Origin: Malacoraja senta
Lineage: Eukaryota
Length of the DNA: 64,000 bases
Reading direction: 5' to 3'
NCBI GenBank assembly: GCA_038087875.1
Contig: CM075988.1
Span: 8,992,001-9,056,000 of the forward strand
Every line of letters starts with the position of its first letter. Positions within the stretch are counted from its first letter, which is position 1. The notes beneath the pieces were generated by a model. The model ran no database searches. It was not told the DNA's origin and was given only the letters and a program-made list of their open reading frames with translations. Positions 1-12,025 of this stretch are shown here, one piece after another. A program made the translations under genes and the position numbers.

Positions 1-115
1 GAGTTACAGCGTGGAAACAGACCTTTCAGCCCTCCAAGTTTGCACTGACCAGTGATCACCCCATACACTAGCACTATCCTACACACTAGGGTCAATTTGC
101 AATTTTACCAACGTA

Positions 116-147
<32 letters not shown>

Positions 148-715
148 TTATTTATTAGAAGTGCATTACATTACAACCACATACATTAATACTCGTCATT
201 TGTATCTTCTTACAATTAATGTACTCCCTTTATTTATTTTTTTACACTAGAAAAGGAAAAGATTGAAAGAAAGAAGAAAGTGAAGGAAAAAGTGAAAGTG
301 TAGAAAAGTGTAGAAAATGTAACAACAAAAAAGGACGAAGACCCTATAAGAGCGAAATTAAAAACAAAAGAAAAAGAGTTAAGAAATAGGCCCTAGGAAA
401 AAAAAGAGAAAGAGAGAGAGGAAAAAAGAAAAGAAAAAACAAATATTTTTTTGAGCATTACGTAAATAGGACATACCAATTCTTCAACTATCATCCCCCC
501 TTACCTGACCTCAATTTTTTTATTTTTTTTTAAGCTAATTAACCTACAAACCTGTACGTCTTTGGAGTGTGGGAGGAAACCGGAGCACCCGGGGAAAATC
601 TACGCAGTCAAGGGAGAAAGCACAATCTGTACTGACACCACCGGTAATCAGGATCGAACCTGGGTCTCTGGTGCTGTAAGGCAGCAACCCTACTGCAGCG
701 CCACTGTGCCGTTGA
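1..715 (-). mobile_element. HE1-like tRNA-derived SINE interrupted by a poly(T)-headed insert
   Basis: 1-112 and ~533-715 join into the SINE body seen intact elsewhere (e.g. 32250-32547). Reverse B-box ggatcgaacc at 651-660. Confidence 0.75.
115..531 (-). mobile_element. Polyadenylated retroposon 3' end (L1/Tx1-like 3' UTR)
   Basis: Long T run followed by tttatt (AATAAA on minus), then an A-rich body, sitting inside the SINE. Confidence 0.5.
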
Positions 716-768
716 AAAGCATGGCATTCACCAATAGGAAATTCTCCTCCAGATCCACAACCAGCTGG

Positions 769-954
769 TCACATAGTGCTGGAGTAACTCAGCAGGTCAG
801 GCAGCATCTCTGGAGAACATGGATGAGTGACGTTTTGGCTCAGTACCGCTTCTCCAGACTCACGTGTTCTCCAGCGGTGCTGCCTGACCCACTGAGTTAT
901 TCCAGCACTTTGTCTTCTTTTATGTAAACCATCATCTCCAGTTCCTTGTTTCTG
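769..954. mobile_element. Fold-back Penelope terminal remnant
   Basis: Inverted arms agtgctggagtaactcag...ctgagttattccagcact, flanked by caaccagctgg at 758-768 and 955-965. Confidence 0.7.
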
Positions 955-1328
955 CAACCAGCTGGATTTTGAGCAAAGGGAAATCTTTGCTGGTTATAAA
1001 AATAATCCCACAGAACCATAGGATCATGATGCACAGAAAGGTGCTATTTTAGCCCACCTTGTCCATGCTGACTGTGGTGACCCTCTAAACTAGAATAGTA
1101 AGATTAAACGAGAACTTACCTAAGTTTGAAGTTTGATCTTTATTTTATGAGGAGTTACGTAGGTGATTACGTGAAGAAGCCCGTCAGTGCGCCTGCGCGT
1201 CAATCTTCAAAGCAGCGGTGTGAAATCACAAAAAACAAGAACCGAAGTAATATAGTCTCATACTAAAACGAGTAATACAAGAACTTCCATCTGACCTTTA
1301 TGATAGAGGGTAGGGTCGTGGCGGGCAT

Positions 1329-1439
1329 GTAATCACCTACGTAACTCCTCATAAAATAAAGATCAAACTTCAAACTTGGGTAAGTTCTCGTTTAATCTTA
1401 CTATTTTACTTCGGAGTCACGTGAGTGACTACGTGAAGA
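1329..1439 (-). repeat. DIRS internal complementary region (ICR), copy A
   Basis: 1329-1405 is the reverse complement of 1094-1170, and 1403-1439 is the reverse complement of 5833-5869; the two halves share one ATT. Confidence 0.92.
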
Positions 1440-1607
1440 TTTTAAAGCTTTGTGATTTCATGCCGTGGATCAATCCCGGCTTCTCACTGCATAGATTGAC
1501 TCGGAACGAGAATAATCAATCATGCATTCATAATAACATTTGTACCACAAATGCAGTAATTCATTTCACGAATGAAATGAATCAGATCCCCTTTAAACCA
1601 GAGGAAT

Positions 1608-2530
1608 TTACACAGAACTTAAAATAGTTTCTGCAAACAACCCCGCATTAACAATAGGCCGATGGTAAAAATGTTGAAACATCAACTCATTGGACCACCC
1701 GGCGGCTGCGAGGATATGGTCGACGGGGTCGTCTTTTGCCCTGGCCGCCGACATTTCTGCTGCCCTAGTCCAGTGAGACGTAAAAACATAAGTGTTAATA
1801 CCAGCAGCTGTTAAGACTTCTTTTATCCATCTGGAAATAGTCTGTATTGAAACTCTCTTGTGTGGTTTCTTGTGTGTGATCAAAAACCCAGTTTCCGTAT
1901 TCTCAAATTCTTTGTGACCTCAATGTATTGTAATAAATATGTCTTAATACAAAGACATGGATCATTTGGATATGCTGCCAGCATAATTTTAAATCCTGTC
2001 ACACCTGGCCAAATTTGCTTTATTAGGTCATAGATATAGAATGTAACCTTGTCTTCAGTTACTTCCATACTATCTATTTGTAATTTTCCAAGTGTTTGCA
2101 CTCGTTGTGCTGTCACTCATGCCATAAACATGAATACTTTCATACTGAGCTTGACCAAAGGTAAAGACACACTTGATAACCATCACGAAGTAGTTTCAGT
2201 ACCACACTTACATCCCAGATTGTCACGTACCTGGGTTTCGGTGGTTTGGAATTAAAGATTCCTTTCATTAGTCTGGAAACAATTGGGTGTGACCCAATTG
2301 AGTTTCTTTCTGAATCCAGAACCAAATATGAGGACAATGCACTTCTGGCTGAATTAACAGACCTTCATCATAATAAAGTTTTGACAGAAATTCTAAACAT
2401 TTGAAATATCTGCAGTACTTTATTGCACATTCTTTTGTACCCAGAACTTTTCCCATTTCTTAATATAAGAAAGGTACTGTTTTTGAGTGCTCTTCCTCCA
2501 GGCTGCCGTAAGCATGTCCACAGTATGCTC
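1608..2530 (-). pseudogene. DIRS tyrosine recombinase (frameshifted)
   Basis: ORF fragments HPIVSRLMKGIFNSKPPKPRY..WDV, AQRVQTL (catalytic R), SHWTRAA (HxxR), AGWSN..FQHFY (W, Y). Confidence 0.9.
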
Positions 2531-2573
2531 AGACAGTCCTCGTCCCAGAAAAGACATTCTTAAAACCTGCAAA

Positions 2574-2954
2574 TCAACAAATCCAAACGATCATATAATG
2601 GATGTTGTTCCCCTGTACAGGGAGCAGCAATAAATTACTCTTTTTTGGGACTTTCATCAACATTTGTGTTGTTAATTCTAATATCAACGGATACCATGGC
2701 TGTGTAGGCCAATCTGGTACTACCAATACCCTTGAAGCAGCATCTTGCCTGATTTTAAGCAAACATTGGCTTATGAGGCAGAAAGGTGGAAATATATATG
2801 AAAACATACCACCCCAATGTAGCGAGAAAGCATCAATCGCCACTGCTCCTGGATCTGGTTTCCATGAGACATATCTCGATAGCTGATGATTCAAGTCGAT
2901 GTCGGTCATTCCAAATCTGATGACTATATCATTGAATACCTCTTGATTCAACAT
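2574..2954 (-). pseudogene. DIRS DNA adenine methyltransferase-like domain
   Basis: YVSWKPDPGAVAIDAFSLHW..YIFPPFCLI..VVPDWPTQPWYP, the FPPF-type MT domain known from DIRS pol. Confidence 0.85.
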
Positions 2955-2959
2955 CCATT

Positions 2960-4420
2960 CTTTATTATCATGGAACTTTTCGTGACTTGGTGTCTGCTAT
3001 CGTTCATTCTACCTGGTAGATAGATAGCTGAAATCCAAATGTTCTTTTCAATACACCAAGCCCAAAGTTGATTAACCATTTTGTCACAAGACACCGACTT
3101 AATTCCATATCATTAATATAAACAACTACTGTTGTGTTATCAATTTGAACTTGAACATGCTTATTAGTTGTGTTAGAACAATAAGCTTGGAGCCCATAGA
3201 AACATCCTAGAAGCTCCAAATAGTTAATTCCCCATGTCTGCAGTAACAATGACTCTTCCTGATTCCATCTGCCTCCTCAGCTAGATGTTAAGTCAGTTGC
3301 ACCCCATCCTGGTGCACTGGCATCAGTTTGTAATATCATGGAAGGTTGTTCAATCAGCACTTTGCTGGAACTGCTTGAGACATGTAGAATCCACCACTGC
3401 AGACCAGAAACAGCATTTGTTGTTAGTTGCATGGTTCTATCAAAATGACCAACATGCATTCTCGGTGCCTGTTCTTTAAGTCTCTGCAGCTGTTGATAAT
3501 GTAATGGTCCAAATTGGACTGCTGGGAATGCTGCTACTAATTTTCCCAGTACACGAGCCACCTGTCTAATTGAAGGTTTTTGCTCGTTTAGATTACTGCA
3601 ATCTTTAATCAAATCCACCCTTTTCCCTGGGCAAAGTGATATTCATTTGGACTGAATCAATTGTGAACCCCAAATAATTAATAGAGGTACATGGTGTTAA
3701 CCTAGATTTCTGTGGATGAATTAGAAACCCCAACTTTTCAAAAGTTGATTTCACAACTGCAACAGATACTTCTGTTGACTGTTTTGTCTTTCCTATAATC
3801 AAGACATCATCCAAATATGCCATTAGTACATGCCCCTGGCTACTCAGCAAGCCCAGAATTGGTTTTAACAATTTTTGTGAATATTCTGAATGCAGATATT
3901 AACCCATTAGGCAGAGCTTTGAACTGCCACAACTGGTTCATCCATTTAAATTTAAGATACTTCCTATCTTCTGAATGAACAGACACTGAATAATATGCAT
4001 CTTTCAAGTCTATAGTTGCCATATAACATGCTTCTGAAATAAGCTGTTTGGCAGTCACAAATGTTTCCATTTTAAAATGTCTAAATTGCACAAAAGGATT
4101 CAGATTTATCAAATCTACAAGAATCCTACATCCTCCATCCTTTTTTGATCGAGGGAATATTTTTGACACAAATTGGTGACTTTGGTAGACTGATTTTTCA
4201 ATAACCCCTTTTTTTATATAGGGTTTCAATTGCAACCTGAACCTCCATCACTTCTTTTTGTACAAAGTGCAGAGTTCGGCTAGGAACATGCTGAACAGGC
4301 AAATCATAATTTGGATTGAATTCAATTCGAAATCCTTGTATATTATTCAGGATTTCCACATCTGAAGTAATTTTCTTCCAATTATTATAGAAGAAATGTA
4401 ACCTGCCTCCAACTTTTGGA
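2960..4420 (-). pseudogene. DIRS reverse transcriptase / RNase H (frameshifted)
   Basis: VGGRLHFF, HFKMET, IDLKDAY, QFKALPNGL, YLDD, LQTDAS..GWGA, INYLEL, IDNTT motifs spread over several ORF fragments. Confidence 0.92.
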
Positions 4421-4479
4421 CTTAATCCAGTTAGTATGTTCCCATGAGAACCAGGTCCACGTACCTCTTGAGTCATTTC

Positions 4480-5657
4480 AGTACCCTGAGATTCCTGGGT
4501 TCTCCCGGAAGCACGCCCACTGGTTCTTGCTCCCGCTGCAGGCCGCCAACTACGTCCCTGCGTTGATGAGCGACTTGGTCCAGGATCCGTATGACGTCTG
4601 AAAGGATACTTCCTCTTTACAGACTTCACAACCATTGATGTCTTCATCAATCCTGTTTTCGCTTCATCTTCCAACTCTTTAATACGTCTCCCGAGATCTC
4701 TCCAAAGAGTAAGTTGGGTAATTTGTATATTACTTGGTTTGCAGAGTGCTGCGAATTTCGGATTCATAGTAGACCGTATAGCACTTCTCGAAGTGGGTGC
4801 TGCATAGCAACCCCAGTGCTTGCTGATGCACTTCGTCATCTTTTGGTTGTTACCTGCTATTCTGGTAAAAGCAGTTATTCCAGAACCCAGCAGCTTTAAT
4901 ATTCTCTGCAACTGATTCCAGATACTCTTGCAGTCTCATCCATTTCATGCTGTTCCAGCTAATGGTAAACCAAGTAATTTATTAAGGAGGCCAGTTCTTC
5001 CTAATGGCTCTCCTGACCCTGACGGGGCAGCGAATCCTACTACCAGGGTTAGAACATCTGGCAGCTGCCTTTCATCGCCTTGTACAGCCTCACCGTCAGA
5101 GTCGGGGTCTGAAATCTCATGACCCGTAGCACGCTCCTCATTCCTGAGGGTGCATTCCATCAGCCCTGAGCCAGGTGCTGTTAAGCTGCTCCTGCAGCTT
5201 GGATTACAGTACACTCCTTCCTGAGTGAACTTTTGCTCCAACAACCTATGAAAAAGGCTTCTATTTGGGCAATACGCTCGAAAGCAGTATCTAGCCCTGT
5301 ACCAGGAGCTGTTTGAGCTGTTTCCAGCAGCTTGGCTTTCAGAACACTCCTCACTGAGTGAACGTTGCTCCAACAGCCTGTGTAAAAGGCTTTCTATTTG
5401 GGCAATACGCTCTAAAGCAGTATCTAGCCCTGGAGCTCTTCATTGCCTGGGACTCCCTCCGTTGGGATTTAAACTTTGTCTTTTGCCCGACAGGCGCTGA
5501 CTGTGTTTTCACCAGCCCCAGGTCCACAGTCGCTATGCTCACCGCTGGCGACTGTACCGGGGTTTAGAGGCGGTTGGTCTCTAACCGCGGACTCCCGACT
5601 TTCCCGACTTCTGTCGGCTATGTCGCTCGCCTCTTCCCCCTGTCCGTTTTTTCCCAT
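4480..5657 (-). pseudogene. DIRS ORF1 (gag-like), disrupted
   Basis: Upstream of pol. ATG at 5657 in gacgccATGg context. LQRILKLLGSGITAF and IRSTMNPKFAALCKPSN have counterparts in copy B. Confidence 0.65.
5211..5437. repeat. Internal direct duplication, ~133-bp period, in copy A gag
   Basis: acactcc..ctgagtgaac...ctatttgggcaatacgctc..aagcagtatctagccctg at ~5211 and ~5344. Confidence 0.85.
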
Positions 5658-6314
5658 GGCGTCTGTGGAAAAAATCGCCATAGACCCACAGTAAACGGAC
5701 CTGGAAAACCTGTAAAAAAGTTTTTACTTACCTTGTAGTTGAAAAACTACAAACCACTCGAGGAGCACTGCTCCTCACGTCCGTTTGCGTCAAGGCGTCT
5801 GACGTAATGACGCGCAGGCGCACTGACGGGCTTCTTCACGTAGTCACTTACGTGACTCCGAAGTAAAATTGGATTTGTATGTATGTTGCTTTAGCTGTTG
5901 AGTTACTCCAGCAATTCGTTTTTTGCTCTTGAGCCTTTTAGTTCTGGTCTCCCTTACAATGGGGGAAAAATCCTGACTGTCTATCCTTTCTACGTCCCTC
6001 ATAATTTTATAAAGCTCTGACTTTTGGGCAGCCACTGTCTGCAATCATGGCACGATGATTGGCTTCATTTGAAAAGCCTTAGACAAGCTGCTGACTGAAA
6101 TATCTGGCCCACTATCAGGACTGGTGTGATTTCATCAGGAAGTGATTGCTAACCCAAATCACTTGGGGTGAACTGGATCACATTGCTCTGCTAGGCAATC
6201 TAATTTTGAGGCAGTAATGTATTTTTTACAAATATAAAGAAATCCCCTTTTGAAAAGGGGATAAATATTGAGCAAGAGTCTGGTCATAACTTCCCTGCCT
6301 TTCATCAAGGTCAT

Positions 6315-6510
6315 GTCAAGGAGTCTTTTCAATCCACTTGTGACGAGAATTGGTTAACTATCGCACATTGAAGGCAGCATCTCCAAAAGTGAAGCTCTGG
6401 ATCAGTTCTACTCATAAGTGTCAGCCTAAATTCTTATACTCATTTCACAAGAGAGTAACATGAACCTGGGAGCTTTTGGCTTGGAGGCAAGAGTATTGAA
6501 CCACAGCTGG
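6315..6510 (-). mobile_element. Old DeuSINE (SacSINE1/AmnSINE1-like) remnant
   Basis: Recalled similarity in gaaggcagcatctccaaaagtgaagc, agtgtcagcctaaatt and gaacc..gaggcaagagt. Confidence 0.5.
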
Positions 6511-6619
6511 ACTATGGAAGATGCAGATAGCTTTGCATCAAGATCTCTGGTTCAGGCAATGGTCCTGAAAGGTCTGATGATAAGATGATGGAATAAGTTT
6601 AGTCTTTGCTGTGGGTGAC

Positions 6620-6750
6620 ATATGTTATGGGGGGGAAGGCAGGAGAATGGAGTTAGGAGGGAGAGATAGATCAGCCATGATTGAAGGTGGAGTAGACTTG
6701 ATGGACTGAATGGCCTAATTCTGATCCTATCACTTATGATCGTGATCTTA
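6620..6750 (+). mobile_element. CR1 3' UTR fragment
   Basis: Matches the 3' end of the CR1 at ~9700-9820. Confidence 0.75.
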
Positions 6751-6814
6751 AATGGTTCGCTGGCCATTGCTGACATTACAGTAGGCAGTCAGAAGGTGGA
6801 GACATGGAGCAAAA

Positions 6815-7030
6815 GTCTGAAGAAGGGTCCCGACCCGAAACACCTGTCTATTTTCTCTAGAGATGCTGCCTGACACACTGAGTTACTCCAGCACGTTCTG
6901 TCTATCTTTGAGCAACTTTAATTAATTGAATGATATTCCCTGAAAGTTCTGATGTCAGGTTTCACCCCGAATTGCTGCTGCTCGACCTGCTAAGTTCCTC
7001 CAGCAGATCGCTTATTGCACTAGACTCCAG
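6815..7030 (+). mobile_element. Penelope terminal remnants (two, tandem)
   Basis: ctgaagaagggtcccgacccgaaac..agatgctgcctgac..gagttactccagc, then a more diverged copy. Confidence 0.65.
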
Positions 7031-8334
7031 CATTTATGGTCTGTGTATCCCTGAAATATTTATTGTTTGATTGCACAGTTATCGATCATGTGTAAAAACA
7101 ACATACACTAAGTTCCACATAACTGCATTTGTCAATTTTGAAGAGAAGAGTCCTTCAATTAATGTCAATTGCATTCTTCTATCGTTTTACTTCCTATATT
7201 TTACTGTTTTGAATGTAAATTGGACAAAACACATTAATATAAGCAGCTAATACACTAGCAGTACCCACAAACTAGATTGTAACTGATAACTGTTTTCCCT
7301 TCTATATAATTAATAAAGGATGAATACCGAGTGGGTCACCAGATAATTCCCCATGTTATTAAGATTATGTTTTGTGATTTTAAAACTGGCACTGGTGGCA
7401 ATGTAGCAGTGGTTTGACGAACTGCTCTGCTTCCTCAAGTTTTAATATGAAGATTTGACACCCGGCGTCTATCAGTTGAAGCACACTGCAGTAATCTGCC
7501 GGCTTTATTACATTGCCAATGTTGCATATAACTCCATTTTGCTTGCTATGTCACCTTGAAAGTAGAACAGGCTAAATGTCCCACTTTCCAAGGCGTTATC
7601 TAGGACAGTCACATGTAATCGCTTATGAAGACTGAAAATATATCAGTGCAGAGCAAATAGAATACAATATTTTATTTTAGAAATGCATTGTACCGTTGCC
7701 TGCAAATATTTTTATTACAGTTCACTCCTATCAATGTCAGTGAATGCATACTGCTTTTATATTCATGTATTCATATACAATCGACAGAAAACTTTCCTTT
7801 GGCCTGCCTCAGGTGCTTTCTAAAAGAAGCAGCCAAAAATAACATCATTAATCATCTCCCAAAGCTACTTGCTCAAGGCAGAGGCAGATACTTCATAGAG
7901 TTAACAGCAGCGTATAGAAATGAAAGTAAGTTTTCCTCGCGTAATGTGGCTGAAATTAGTGTGCAGCCTACCTGGGCAGCAGGTGGGAAGCAGTCATCTA
8001 ATTTTTCCCACTTCAAATAGCATCTCCAGCAGTTACAGACCAATTTTCAATGCTTGTGTGTAATGTTTCCATCGCCAGTGATGAAGGCGCACTTGGGGGC
8101 AAGGTGGAAGGAGAAGTGTTGGAAAATTAACTCAATATAAATAAACATCATTATAATTCTGAGTGCTATTTTAGGGCATGCTGAGACTCATACCTGCTGC
8201 AGGCCACAGTTGGTAGCCAAAGTTACCAGTGTTTTAGATGCTATTCTCAATAGTCCTCACACAATGGAAAACGTTTACACCACAGGGAACATTACACAGA
8301 CCATTGTGTCATTGCTAAATGTTTGCTTTGAGAA

Positions 8335-9820
8335 TCCAAAACTAGCATCCATTTTAAGAATCGCTAGATTCACGAGTGGTTCCTGATGTTTGGAAATTTG
8401 CCAATGTTACCCCGCTGCGCAAGAAGGAAGCAAAGCAGAATGATGGTTGGTAAGATTTTAGAGTCCATTATAAAGGATGAGGTTACATAGTACTTGGACG
8501 TTCAGGATAAAATAGGCCAAAGTCAGCATGGCTTTATGAAGAGGAGATCTTGCCTGACAAACTTGCTGGAATTCTTTGAAGCAAATAGCAAGAGACAAAG
8601 GAGAGTCAGTAGATATTGTTTACCTAGATTTTCAGAAAACCTTTGATAAGGTTCCACAAGGAAGGCTGCTAAGATGAGCTCGTGGCATCAAAGGACAGAT
8701 ACTAGCAGAGATATCAGGTTGGCTGGATGGCAGAAGGCAAAGAGTGGCAATAAAGGGGGCTGTTTCTAGTTGGCTGCCAGTGACTAACGGAGTTCCGCAG
8801 GGCTCGATGCTTATGGCCGCTGCTCTTCACGTTGTATAGTAATGATTTGGATGAGGGGATTGAAGGCTTAGTGGCCAAGTTTGTGGATGATATGAAAATA
8901 GGTGGAGGGGCAGGTAGTGTAGAGAAAGCAGAGAATCTGCAGAAAGACTTGGATAGGTTGGGAGAGTGGGCAGAGAAGTGGCAGATGGAATATAGTGTAG
9001 CAAACTGAAGTCATGCATTTTGATATACAGTAGGAATAAAGGTGTAGATTATTTTCTAAATGGGGAGAGAATCCAGAAATCTGAAGTACAAAGAGATTTG
9101 GGAGTGCTGGTGCAGGATTCCCAAAAGTTTAATCTGCAGTAGTAAATAGTACTACTTTTAGTAGTAAAGAAATCAAATGCAATGCTGGCATTTATTTTGA
9201 GAGGGCTTGTATGCAAAAACAGGGATGTAATGCTGAAGCTCTATAAGGTGCTGGTCAGGCCGCATTTGGAATATTATGAGCAATTTTGGGCACCATATCT
9301 GAGGAAGGATGTGCTGGTTCTGGAGGGAGTCCAGAGGAGGTTTACAAGAGTAATCCCAGGAATTGGTAGGTTTACCAATGATGATCGTTTGATGGGACTT
9401 GGCTTGTACTCGCTAGAGTTTAGAAGAATGAGGGGGGACCTCATTGAAACACACAGAATAATGAAAGGCTTGGATAGAGTGGATGTGGAGAGGATGTTTT
9501 CACTAGTGGGAAAGTCTAGGACTAAAGGTCATAGACTCAGAATTAAAAGACGTTCTTTTGGGAAGAAAATTAAGAGGAATTTCTTTCGTCAGAGGGTGGT
9601 GAATTTGTGGAATTACTTGCCACAGAAGGCTGTGGAGGCCAAGTCAGTGGATATGTTTAAGGCAGAGATAGACAGATTCTTGATTCGTACGAGTGTCAGA
9701 GGTTATGGGGAGAAGGCAGGAGAATGGGGTTAGGAGGGAGAGATAGATCAGCCATGATTGAAGGGCATAGAATTGATGGGCTGAATGGCCTAATTCTGCT
9801 CCAATCTCTTATGATCTTAT
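8335..9820 (+). mobile_element. CR1-clade LINE, 5'-truncated (RT + C-terminus + 3' UTR)
   Basis: ANVTPL, SQHGF, YLDFQKTFDKV, GVPQGS, KFVDD remnants. ORF 9182-9733 has LYKVLVRPHLEY..LEGVQRRFTR..RGDLIE..NFFRQRVVNLWN. Confidence 0.92.
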
Positions 9821-9994
9821 TAACATCCACTAAACTGGTCTCTGCCCGCTGTCCTGTTTTGATTTCAAATATTTACCTAATTTTCTCTTAAAATATTTCT
9901 GCATCTGCTACCACCCATTGCAAGGTATTTCACACAGTAATTGATATATTGAGCATAGACATTAGTAATGAAGGCAGATAGAATTTGAGTTATT

Positions 9995-10115
9995 GAGTAA
10001 AAACAAGGAACTGCAGATACTGGTTTACAAAAAAAGACACAATGTGCTGGAGTAAGAGCATCGTGGGAGAGCGTGGATTGGTGACATTTTGGGTTGGGAC
10101 CCTTCTTCGGACAGA
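9995..10115 (-). mobile_element. Penelope terminal remnant
   Basis: ggaactgcagatactggtttac..gtgacattttgggttgggacccttcttc. Confidence 0.65.
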
Positions 10116-10333
10116 ATTGGAAATAACCTTGTAACAGCAACAGTTAAATGGAATGTAGGAAATAGATAACATCTATAGTTAAAGAAATGGTAAAGAGATA
10201 TGGAATTTGCAGATGACTGGTATTGGTCCTTTCATCATAGACATTAATAAACCCGAAGAAGGAATCACGATTTTTATTCAAAGACTTGAAGTTTTATATA
10301 ACAGATGCTCAATATCATTTTTGATGCCAGTTA

Positions 10334-10720
10334 AGGGCCTGTCCCACTCACGCGACCTTTTCGGCGACTGCCGGCACACGTCATAGGTCGCCGAAAATGT
10401 TCAACATGTTGAAAATTCAGCAGCGACCAGAAAGATGCTACGACTCTTTGGGTGACTAGGAGACCTCTCATGACCATACAGGTGACCCCTGTTGACATGT
10501 TGTGGGGTGTCACCAGGGGGCATGTCGCCAGGGGGTCGCCTGTAGAGTTGTGAGAGGTTGCCAGGGGGTCACCTGTATGGTCGTGAGAGGTCTCCTAGTC
10601 ACCCAAAGAGTCGTAGTGTCTTTCTGGTCGCCGCTGAATTTTCAACATGTTAAAAAAAATTGACGACCTTTGACGGGTGTCGGTAGTCGCCAAAAAGATC
10701 GCATAAGTGGGATAGGCCCT
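10334..10720. mobile_element. PIF/Harbinger-type MITE, nearly fully palindromic
   Basis: TTA|agggcctgtcccact...agtgggataggccct|TTA: 3-bp TTA TSD and ~160-bp inverted arms. Confidence 0.88.
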
Positions 10721-11231
10721 TTAGGAGTCAAAAACAATGTTGAAACCTGGTATCACATATTTGCCTAACTAGATGAAGGTGCCAAATTTCCTTCCCTTAA
10801 GGATTCCTATAGTTTCATAATCATCTTTACCTTCTGATAGCCATGCTTTAAAAAAAAAATTAAATAAAGTATTTAATTGAATGAGTTTTAAATTCCCCAG
10901 CCACTGTGATGGGAATACATTACACGGCCAGCATATGTACAAAGTTCTATTCTATTCATAACCCATCAGAAAATGACTTACTGAATGCCAAAATGCAACT
11001 AACCCGAGTCTGCACCTCAGGCAACGGATGATAAGTGACATGTAGCATTGAGGCCAAACAACTGTCAAACAATGACAAAGACAAATCCAACTACTTCCCT
11101 TTACTTTCACGAATTACTCTCACCAGTTTCCCCATCATCATTGTACTTAGGGTCATCAATGATCGTCACAGGATCATTCAGACTAGCCATATATATATAT
11201 ATAGTCTACAAAATCAGGTCAGAGGCTGGGT

Positions 11232-11740
11232 GGGAAGGAACTGGTTGCTGGTTTAAACCGAAGATAGACACAAAAAGCTGGAGTAACTCAGCAGGACAGG
11301 CAGCATCTCTGGAGAGAGGGAATGGGTGACATTTCGGGTTGCGACCCTTCTTCAGACTGGTTAGGGATAAGGGAAACGAGAGATATAGACGATGATGTAG
11401 AGAGATAAAGAACAATGAATGAAAGATATGCAAAAAAGTAACGATGATAAAGGAAACAGGCCATTGTTAGATGTTTGTGAGGTGAAAACGAGAAGTTTGT
11501 ACAAAATGGGTAGGGGAGGGATAGAGAGAGAGGGAATGCCGGGCTACCTGAAGTTAGAGAAATCAAAATTCATACCACTGGGCTGTAAGCTTCCCAAGCG
11601 AAATATGAGATGCTGTTCCTCCAATTTGCGTTTAGCTTCACTCTGACAATGGAGGAGACCTAGGACAGAAAAGTCTGTGTAGGAATGGGAAGGAGAATTC
11701 AAGTGTTTAGCAACTGGGAGATGAGGTACCTTCAGGCAGA
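11232..11740 (-). mobile_element. Penelope-like element 3' fragment (GIY-YIG C-terminus + terminal repeat)
   Basis: Minus strand encodes LLHCQSEAKRKLEEQHLIFRLGSLQPSGMN, then the hammerhead-bearing end. Confidence 0.85.
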
Positions 11741-11741
11741 T

Positions 11742-12025
11742 TCACCACCCTCTGACTAAAGAAATTCTTCCTCATCTCCTTTCCAAAGGTACGTCCTTTT
11801 ATTCTGAGGCTATAGCCTCTGGCCCTAGACTCTTCCACTCATGAAAACATCCTCTCCACATCCACTCTATCCAGGATTTTCACTATTCAGTAAGTTTCAA
11901 TGAGGTGTCCCCTCATCCTTCTTAACTTCAGCGAGTACAGCACCAGTGCCATAAAAATGCTCATAATACTGTATGTTAACCTAGTCATTCCTCGGATCAT
12001 TCTTATACCTGTAAACCTCCTCTGG
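11742..12025 (-). mobile_element. CR1 fragment
   Basis: IQRRFT..LYSLKLRRMRGHLIETY. Confidence 0.8.

Larger units (their letters stand above)
1094..5869 (-). mobile_element. DIRS1-like tyrosine-recombinase retrotransposon, full length, decayed (copy A)
   Basis: Order gag-like, RT, RNase H, methyltransferase, YR in frameshifted ORFs. Inverted repeat 1168-1202 / 5808-5842. ICR 1329-1439. ATT at both ends. Confidence 0.95.

Noticed and set aside
9182..9733. 183-aa ORF as a host gene
   Set aside because: It is the C-terminus of CR1 ORF2, and the upstream RT is frameshifted.
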